NCBI RefSeq assembly: GCF_001194135.2
Contig: NC_068982.1
Coordinates: 42,844,744 to 42,890,033, forward strand
Source of the DNA: Octopus bimaculoides
Lineage: Eukaryota
Direction of reading: 5' to 3'
DNA length: 45,290 nucleotides
Below the pieces are notes generated by a model, which saw only the letters and a program-made list of their open reading frames with translations, searched no databases and was not told the DNA's origin. Positions 36,811 through 45,290 of the stretch are shown here, piece after piece (position 1 is the stretch's first letter; each line of letters opens with the position of its first letter). The position numbers were made by a program, and so were the translations under genes.

Positions 36811-36904
36811 AGTACGTCTTTGTGTTTGTACTTATCCCCACTTTTCTTTGACAACCAGTGTTGGTATTTTTACGCTCTCGTAAATTAGCAGTCTGGCAAA
36901 ATTA

Positions 36905-37014
36905 GCAGTCGGGGTTGATAAATTAAGTACCAGTTGCGTGCTGGGGTCGATCTAATCGATTGCCCCCCCTCCCCCCAAAAGTTCGAGCCTTGTACCTAGA
37001 GTAGAAAAGAATAT
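36905..37014 (+). mobile_element. SINE family B 3' part
   Basis: taagtaccagttgcgtgctggggtcgatctaatcga...gagccttgtacctagagtagaaaagaatatt. Confidence 0.75.
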
Positions 37015-37076
37015 TTCAGATACCCAGCTGAGGAACTGCGGTCTTCAATTGAGATGGACATACACTGTCACTATAT

Positions 37077-37455
37077 AATGGCCGCTTCAGTCTCAATTCG
37101 GAAGCGATACGAGTACGTGACACTGACATGCCGAAAAATCGGTGCAATGCGTATTTGTCGTATTTGCAAGGCGATTTCATTTCGCTTAGATCTGAATACA
37201 GCTTTAAAGAGATTCCTTCTAGCTTTTCAACGATACACATACTTTAAGTATGTCACAGAGATAAATATTTTACTCTAGAGCTGCTTCTGCTGCATAAATC
37301 GAATGTTTATTCAGCCTAACCAGTGTCATTGTAAACTAATCTATTGTTTATATATATATCTCTATATACTTCAGACTAGCGGATTCGACCTCGTTTCGGG
37401 AGCGACACGAATACGTGAAATTGACATGCTGTAATACTGGCAAAGTGCACATCTA
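37077..37455 (-). repeat. Two diverged copies (37077-37156, 37375-37455) of a short repeat with a Helitron-like 3' end
   Basis: ttcggaagcgatacgagtacgtgacactgacatg vs ttcgggagcgacacgaatacgtgaaattgacatg; the second copy starts at a|ctag. Confidence 0.45.
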
Positions 37456-37639
37456 CTGCTTTCGCGGTCACTTCCGGGGTACTGTCGTCTCACCTAGCTC
37501 TGAAGTATATTGTGGTTTTTAATACAATACATTTATAGTTTTTTTTTTGTGGATGAAAACTGCAGCTTCTGGCAGTATATGACATAACATTCGTTATGTC
37601 ATATAGATAAAGATTATACATTTTCATATCTTAAAATAA

Positions 37640-37810
37640 GAAGATGCTTTGGCACGAAGTCAGCAAAAGAAGTCTGTTCGCTTTGAATTTATCTACACAA
37701 CAAATATAGTGGTTTTTCTGGACTTGGCAAAGCTCTTTTGTGGCGGGAAAGCTCCTAAGCTTGAATGTGGAATCGATACCGCTTCTTATGTTTGGACTCT
37801 TTCTCAACAA
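37640..37810 (+). mobile_element. Probable LINE RT fragment (domain 3 region), CR1/L2-like
   Basis: IVVFLDLAK resembles FLDLxKAFD; PKLECGID resembles KLxxYGI; internal deletions. Confidence 0.4.
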
Positions 37811-39714
37811 ACATATTAAATACAAGATAAAACATAGCGAACAAATAACAGGTTTCATGAACATGCATGTGTGGGAGAATTAAACTGAATTCATATGATA
37901 TTTGGTTGCGTTTGTGTGTATATGTACTTATATACATATACACATACACATTTTGTGTATATATGTGTGTGCCAAATAGTATACGTATAGAGGTGTAGAT
38001 AAGAAACCGTGTTATAGAGAGGGGAAGGCAATGTTATATAGTATTTGCATCAGAAATCCGGTTGAAATCGTGTTAGGATGGTCACATCTGTTTGTTGTAG
38101 CGGAATTTAGCGAACTCACAACAGGATATAATCATCTGGACGGATTTTGTTTTAATAAATGATCCTAAATCTCTTTCTTCAAATTGTTTCTAAAGTTTTA
38201 TGATTTATTTATTTACTTCAAGTTAATCTTTTATTTCTATCTCTCAGTTTTCTGAATCTACTCCCCAACTTTTCACTCCTCTCTTCCAATATATCTATAA
38301 TCTTTTTTTCTTTCTTTTACTCACTGTCGTATTCACTTTATCTTTGTAATTTTAGTAGCTTTTATTAATCCCAAAGGATAGCAATAGGTTACCTAAAAAT
38401 AGCAATATCGTTAACAATCATATAGCATCAAAGTATCTGAAACGAAAACTTAAGCGTGTGCACATGTCATAAAAATGTGAAATCTCCTTTAGCCAATAAT
38501 GATGGTTTAAACTACATAAGCATACACGCATACACACACAGTCCCATATACAGAAGCACACATACACCGTATGTGTGTGTTTGCGTGCATATATGTGTGT
38601 ATGTGTGAATTTGTGTGCGTGAGTACACATACACGTACACTCTTGTAAATACGCAAACATACAGACACAAATACACTTTGATAGCTTTACATTTAACGAC
38701 ATTTCTTTATTTAATTTGTAAGTCAACCTATTAACAAAATAAGAAGTCGTATGAAAAAAAAAAATAATAATAACTACGATAATCTGAGATCTTTATAACT
38801 TTAACTGGTAACAAAACAAATTAAAAATATCAAAACCGTACTTAAGTACGTGTCCTATTTTCTTTGGCAGTAATTGTAAATGTTAATCACAACCTTCAGT
38901 GTGAAATTGTAGCATTAAAAATATAAAACCTATAAAAAACAGTAATGACACAAAATATAAGAACAGCAACAATAACATATATCACATATGATAAAAAAAA
39001 ATTACAATGTTAACTAGGACGGTTTATATTTTTAAATGAAAATAGCTGGTGTTTAGGTTTAAGCACACGTCATTGATTTGGTTTTTCTTTACTAGTGATA
39101 AAGTGTTGTCAGCTGGCGCGTTTTCGATGTTTAACACCATGTAGGATAATGGCTTACAGGCGAGCTTTTCAGTTGATACCTCAATAATAACAACACTGAC
39201 AACAGACCAACACTACTGGTGGTTTTTCATTTGTTGTTGAAAGAAAACTCAAATGACCGTATTGTATATTGATTTCTAACAAAGACAATATGGCCACACA
39301 TTTTCGGAAATACGAAGCAATCCGAATTAAATTTACTCATCATCAAAGGGATTCTATCTGTCATCATATAAATTATTCACGTATAGTTTACCTAAGACTA
39401 CTTTGTCTAATATGCAATTCTTCACTAAAAAACAAAAAAGACAAAAAAAAAACCCCAGAAAAACTCCAGGGTTTAATTTGAGAATTAATTTGAGAATGAT
39501 TTCCAGTAACTTCGTGTGATCACACAGAGGCTCCCTTATTGCTTCCATAAAGAATTGATAAATCAATGTGATCAAAAATGTCAACAATAACACGAAAGTG
39601 TCACGACATAACTGCAAGATAGATCGTTCATATTTCCAAGACTTGACCCGGTGTTTGTTTAACTGAACTCATAAAGATGGAAGCAATGTAGATCTCACTG
39701 TGTCTTTTGTACAG

Positions 39715-39780
39715 AACGTTAAGAGTTGGCGTTGATTTTGAAGACTATAGCTCTATCGACCAAACTCTCAGATGTCACAA
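39715..39780 (+). other. Candidate 66-nt exon (TLRVGVDFEDYSSIDQTLRCHK)
   Basis: Acceptor ctcactgtgtcttttgtacag, donor gtaaaa, single open frame, symmetric phase 2-2; no partner exon identified. Confidence 0.25.
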
Positions 39781-39829
39781 GTAAAAGTACACTTTCATTA
39801 TTCCCTTGATTGCACCTTTCTCTTCCATT

Positions 39830-40075
39830 TGCGTCCACGTTTCATTATGTAAGCTTCCTAGCGATCTCTTCCCGTCTCTTGCATACCATCTTACAACGGC
39901 GTGCGTCCATCTGTTGCCTGTAAGCCATGCAGCATGTCTTTCCCAACGGGACTCGTGCTTTTGGAATTCCGCGATTTCATTATTTACTCCACTCCTATAT
40001 AGAATTACTTCGCTTGGATATGCTCCTTCAGCGATATTCCTAGCATGGACTCATGTTACGAAAGAACCCTGTTAG
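39830..40075 (-). mobile_element. RTE-clade LINE fragment
   Basis: MLGISLKEHIQSEVILYRSGV...RWERHAAWLTGNRWTHAVVRWYARDGKRSLG (cf. RWAGHxAR...RW...W.PR..KR..GRP). Confidence 0.8.
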
Positions 40076-40944
40076 TTCAAGTCACGATCCAAGATTCGTA
40101 TCTATAAAAATTTAATAATCAGCAACTTGGATGTTAGTGGTAACAAACTTAAAGCTTTGTTCTGCATATTTATTGTAAAGTAATGTTTTCAAATACAAAA
40201 ATATAGAACATCGATTAACAAGATGAAAGGTCAACAGTTCAATTTCCTTCACTGACACTGCTTTAAATCAACCGACAGCTCTATAAATTGGTAACATGAA
40301 TAGTTATACTTTACAAATATAAAGAACTGAGGCAACCAGAAGTTCTTTGTTAGATTTTAGAAATCAGTTCAAAATTATTCTGTTGTTCTCATTATGTACT
40401 GCACGGAGTGCCTAGTATACAACATCTCGTCTGATAGTAATGAAATGTCAAACATAACGAGCATTTACCATTAGTTGGACATTTTGTTCGAATAGGTAAG
40501 ACTTTGGTAATAACTAGAAGATATTGCACATAACCCGCAAAAGTAACGTTAGTACAGTTAATTGGGTAGTTTGGGTATTCAGAGAACACAAGAAAAGTAA
40601 ATAGATTTTATCCTCAATGGCTTGGATAGAGAAACGGATGACCGGTAGAGCAGTAAGTGTGCTGGCTAGGGTGAAGTTCATAAGCATTTGAATTGTTATG
40701 ATGCACCAGGAATTGAAGGTTCATCCCAGATTATGTGGGTGGCACTCCATTGAGTACGTATATGTTATTGTAGAGTGCAATATCTGCGGAAGGAGAAATT
40801 AGTTACGAAATCGTTTTTGTACCATGTTAAAGGAATAATATTTCTAATCCTGATTTCATAGCTGCGAGCTTTACTTTCACTTTCGATAGAGGGAGTGGTG
40901 ATACACCTATCATAAACTGGTATACCTATCATTAACTGAAGCAA

Positions 40945-41910
40945 TGGCATTCATGTTGATTGGGCTGCTATATTAGGGGATGGCGTTCCAATTTTATCAA
41001 CCACGCGAAAGCGAGCAGCTGAACTTAGGTGGGGGCAGGTGAGTCTTGAAGATGACCCAAAGTCTGGACTTCCTGCAGCTTCCACCATAGAGGAAAACAT
41101 TGATTGTATTCATATGCTCATGAATGACAGGCGATTGACTATAAAGTAAATAGCTAATGCTATTAGCATATCCTGTTGGAGAGTTGAAAAACGAAGGTTT
41201 CTGCTCGGTGAGTGTCACGTCTTCTCACACCTGATCAAAAGCGCATCAATCTGATCTCATCACTGGAAAATCTGGCATTATTTGAAGCGTTCCAGCTGGT
41301 TTCCTCGAACGTTTCCTAACCTAGGATAAGGGTTTCGTTCGTCACTTTAAGCCAGAGACAGAGACAATCCACGTAGTGAAAACGTCTCTGCTCTTGTACT
41401 CCAAAGAAGGCCAAGTCGTTCCATCTGCAAGGAAGGTGATGGCCTCAGTTTTTTCATATGCAAAAGGCATTGTGTTTATCGACTATCTTCAAAAGGGCCA
41501 CATCATCAATGGAGAGTACTATGCCAACTTGCTGCGGGAGTTATGAAAGGCTAACAAGACCAAACGCCTAGAAAAAACAGAGGGTTGCTGTGCGCGACTG
41601 TGGCTTTGAACTAACTGACCACTCTTCCTATTCTCCTGATTTGGCCCCATCTGACTATCTTCTGTTCCCCAACATGAAAACACATTTGGCTGGGAACCAG
41701 TATCGCAGTGATGATGATGTCATGTTTGCTATTAATTACTTTCTAGACCAACAGGATGAAAGCTTCCTCACTAATGGGATCCAAGCACTGCAACTCCAAA
41801 GAAGAGGTGTGAGGACCGCAAGCGGGATTATTTTGAAAAGTAAATCTCATTTGATCACATTCCATGAGAGTATTTTGGTGAGGCTATGAACTTTTCGGTC
41901 GATCTTCGTA
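40945..41910 (+). mobile_element. mariner transposase relic with 3' TIR
   Basis: IHVDWAAILGD, SLEDDPKSGLP, VSAR-WVPRLL-like remnant, HSSYSPDLAPSDYLLFPNMK; ends gctatgaacttttcggtcgatcttcg|TA; possible left-TIR remnant aagttcata at about 40674. Confidence 0.9.
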
Positions 41911-43000
41911 TATTACTGGCAAAGATGAAAAACCAAGGCAGCTATAATGTGAAAATCACACATTATGTGGTTATCAACAAATACGAAGATTATAATCGAG
42001 AGTTTTAGAACAAGTATCTTTCTTGTGACTCTTTCCAAAGAATTTACGCGCGTGTAGTTGTAGAGTGAAAAACTAGTAAACATTCTACCAATACAAGATA
42101 TAACAATGGAACCAATAGAAAACTTGTCAAAGGGTCCAAGCCCATAAAGAGACTGTGGAAATATTTGACTCTGTGGCCTTTCCAGAGACATCAAAGTTAT
42201 CTAGGGGAGTATAAAACAGTAATCATTTTGGGTGATTGTGACAGAGTCCAAACCAGAAGGCATTTGTTGGTTTGCTTATTGACTGTAGATTGTTGAAATA
42301 CGCACAGTTGCCTAAATTAAGTAGAAATATTTGGCATAGACATGAAATAATAAGAGGTATCGGTTGTGGGAAAATGAATCACACAACAGATAAGAAAAGC
42401 CATGGTAAGATAAACGAAAAGAAGGCATGGTCATGTCAGCATTTGGTTTTGATGATAACGATAATTACAGTAATGTAGAAAGATATTTTGGTAAAAAATA
42501 TTGGTACAGGAGCTAACAGGCTAGGGTCGTTGTTGTCGTCGAATAGTCACATGGCAATCTTCATTCGGGCAGAGATCTATGATCAAAGATATTTCTTACT
42601 CATGTTCTTTTGGTTACAGAGCATTTAAAATTAGCTGAAACAATGCGTCATTAAGTTTATAAATGGTTGATTTTGCTTTGAATGATATTTGACTGTTATT
42701 GCCTGTATGCTGAATGACCACGCAGTGGTTTTGCTGTTGCCCCCTACTGGCTAGAGGAATCTCAAGTTTGTTGTTTAGTAACAAAAAACAAAGCATTTTA
42801 TACACAACTGTTTTACCTGTCTTAGGACATCTACTACAACCTTCACAAAGGTGACATCTGTTACTAAATGTGATTAGGACTTGTGATTTCAGGGAATTTT
42901 GGCTGCAATTTTTTGAGGTCATAAGACTACATAGACACTCCACCTTGACTTGTGAAAGTTGATGGTGCAAAGTGGTACCAGTAATTCCGTTAGTATCTCC

Positions 43001-43003
<3 letters not shown>

Positions 43004-43031
<28 letters not shown>

Positions 43032-43089
43032 TGTATGTATGTATGTATGTATGCATGCATGCATGTATGTATGTATGCATGTATGCATT
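43004..43089. repeat. (TATG)n microsatellite
   Basis: Direct reading. Confidence 0.98.
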
Positions 43090-44012
43090 CATGTTATTAT
43101 TCAGTTTTAATTCAAGATTTCTTACCAACAGAGAAAGAGTCGGTTTGTAACCTAGATCCAAGGCTGCTTCATTGAAATTTCAACATCAGCAACAGGGTAT
43201 GTATGCATGTATGTATGTATGTATGTATGTATGTATGTATGTATGTATGTATGTATGTATGTATACGTGCAGATGTGTGTTTTGTTTTATGCATGTCTTC
43301 TCATGTATATACTTGCATATCTAGAAATGCACATATATACTTAAAAATGATAAACGCTTGGAAAGTTTTACAGATTTTACTGTTCCAGTGATAGATTTGA
43401 TCTGTAGTCTTCGAATCAGCTTTCTCCTTTCTGGTATTTAGGCAGTGTATTACAGATCACAATACCCCAATAATTGCAAGTATATACCTGAACTTGTCAT
43501 CTGGATAGAGTAACTGCAGCTTTCTCAATAGTCCAGCGTAGGTATTCTCTTTTTCACTGATCTTCAACTTTATGTTAACATCCGTTGGGCAGTTGATTTC
43601 ACAAATGCACGCAGTTTCTCCTCTTTTCCCCAAAGCATTATATCAGCTCTGTTGTGTTTACATTTTATTGAGGTTTTCAAAACAAGGACATTCCCTCAAT
43701 ATTCTTTTTTATTATGAGCGGCAATGACTTCCAACATACTATGGGTTCTTATTTCTTTGTCCTCGGGATTATCCTTTCGACGGATCTCGTTATATACTGT
43801 TCTAGCTACAACATCATGTCTCATCAGTAGATAATACCGTGATGACATTTTCGGACAACTGCTTATGATGTGGGTGATATCTTCGGTGTGAACTCCACAA
43901 AGTCTGGATCGGCTGTCACATTTTACTGCTTTTCCGGCATTTCTGTCCTTTTTGCACTTGGTATTTGGTTGATATTTCCTGTTCCTGGATTGCAAACGCA
44001 TACCCTTCAAAT
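43090..44012 (-). mobile_element. 5'-truncated RLE non-LTR retrotransposon, (CATA)n-associated lineage, copy 1
   Basis: FEGYAFAIQEQEI, RLCGVHTEDITHIISSCPKMSSRYYLLMRHDVV (CCHC plus RHD), HNRADIMLW, RKLIRRLQI.SITGTV; (CATA)n on both sides. Confidence 0.9.
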
Positions 44013-44187
44013 TGTATGTATGTATGTATGTATGTATGTGTGTGTGTGTATGCGTGTGTATGTAAGTGTGTATGTATATATGTATGAATTATGTATGCAT
44101 GTATGTGTGTGCGTGTGTATGTATGTATGTATGTATTTATGTATGTATGTAACTACGTATGTACATATTTGTAGACAAGTATGTATG
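44013..44187. repeat. (TATG)n/(TG)n microsatellite
   Basis: Direct reading. Confidence 0.95.
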
Positions 44188-44562
44188 CGTTGGGACGTGG
44201 AAATACCTAGGATGGTGTTCAGGCGCGCGGTTGGCCCACTTGGAGTGGGAGGCCCCACTGTTATTGTTTCCCTCTTGAAGAGAGAAACTGAGAGAAAACC
44301 TGCAACAATTATAATATTCGGTGATGTAGACTAGTTCTTTTCGAGTTTATGTTGTCCATGTTCAGAGAGAGGGATTGAATTTATGCAAATCTTTCCCCCA
44401 CTATAAAAAATTATCATGCACAGGCATCACTTGAAAGAAAGTAAGACCTATCACAGAAATGGCTGGTCATAGCTTTTGCATGTGCAGGAATTTCGATCAA
44501 GCAATGACAGTACTCGAACACAAGTTTGCAGCCATCATCTACATATGTATGTATGTATGTAT

Positions 44563-45137
44563 GTCATTATTCAGTTTATTTCAAGATGTCTTGCCAATAG
44601 AGAAAGAATCGGTTCTAACCTAGACCCAAGGCTCCTTCATTGGAATTTCAGTATCAACAACAGGGTATTGTTGCTCATATGTATGTATGTATGTGTAGAT
44701 TTGAATGTTTTGTTGTATGTATTTTCATGCATATAGCGGCATATCTAGACAAGCTCATATATATCTAAATGATAAACTTCTGGAAAGTTTTACTGATTAT
44801 TACAGTTCCAGTGATGGATTGGATCTGTAGTCTTCGAATTAGCTTTCTCTTTTCTGGTTTTGAGAAGCTTAATTTCTCAAGTTTATTTTTTAGGCAGTGT
44901 GTTACATATCCCAGGGCCCCAATGATTACAGGTATAAACCTGAACATGTGATCTAGATAGCCGCTAGGCAGCTAATTTCCACAACATAGTTTCTCTTCTC
45001 TTTCCCAAATCATTATATCAGGTCTGTTGTGCTTATATTTTATTGAGATCTTCACCAGTATTCATTTTTATTATAAGTGGATATGGCTTGTACCATATTG
45101 TGGGTCATTTCTTTGTCCTCGGGATTTTCCTTCCGAC
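44563..45137 (-). mobile_element. 5'-truncated RLE non-LTR retrotransposon, (CATA)n-associated lineage, copy 2
   Basis: FRFIPVIIGALGYVTHCLKNKLEKLSFSKPEKRKLIRRLQIQSITGTV; 3' UTR homologous to 43090-43370 with the same terminus. Confidence 0.9.
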
Positions 45138-45290
45138 ATATGTTTGTATGCATGTACGTATGTATATTTATGTATTTTATTAATACTGTTACACCAACCG
45201 CCACTACGAAGTTCCTGCAATAAATCTATGGATAACAACAAGTAATCAAAACTGTGCCGGTGCTTTACTCATCTTCTATTTATGCATTTT

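Noticed and set aside
43815-43835. CTGATGA on the minus strand
   Set aside because: It is the coding sequence of LLMRHD in the RLE element, with no hammerhead helices.
44188-44265. HDV-like ribozyme at a putative RLE 5' end
   Set aside because: A tccacgt loop-like word is present but P3 and P1 pairings cannot be formed by eye.

Overview
Very AT-rich eukaryotic draft-assembly window with six N-gaps and extreme microsatellite density. The SINE families match my recollection of Octopus repeats, so a cephalopod origin is likely but unverified. No intact protein-coding gene, RNA gene or CRISPR array can be supported, and most entries in the ORF track are translations of microsatellites or N-gaps. 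The window is a graveyard of transposons: restriction-like-endonuclease (RLE; R4/Dong- or HERO-like) non-LTR retrotransposon fragments stacked in (TAA)n and (CATA)n tracts, CR1/L2-group, RTE and L1/Tx1 LINE relics, Penelope-like pieces, mariner and maT (DD37D) transposase relics, at least three tRNA-derived SINE families, and Helitron-like termini. The best leads are: (i) two RLE retrotransposon lineages tied to different microsatellites, (TAA)n at 1-2495 and (CATA)n at 43004-45140; (ii) a minimal type I hammerhead-ribozyme motif at 31570-31613; (iii) a cluster of canonical minus-strand splice signals at about 30.2-33.2 kb suggesting an unassigned spliced transcript. Nothing here proves a wholly new biological system.
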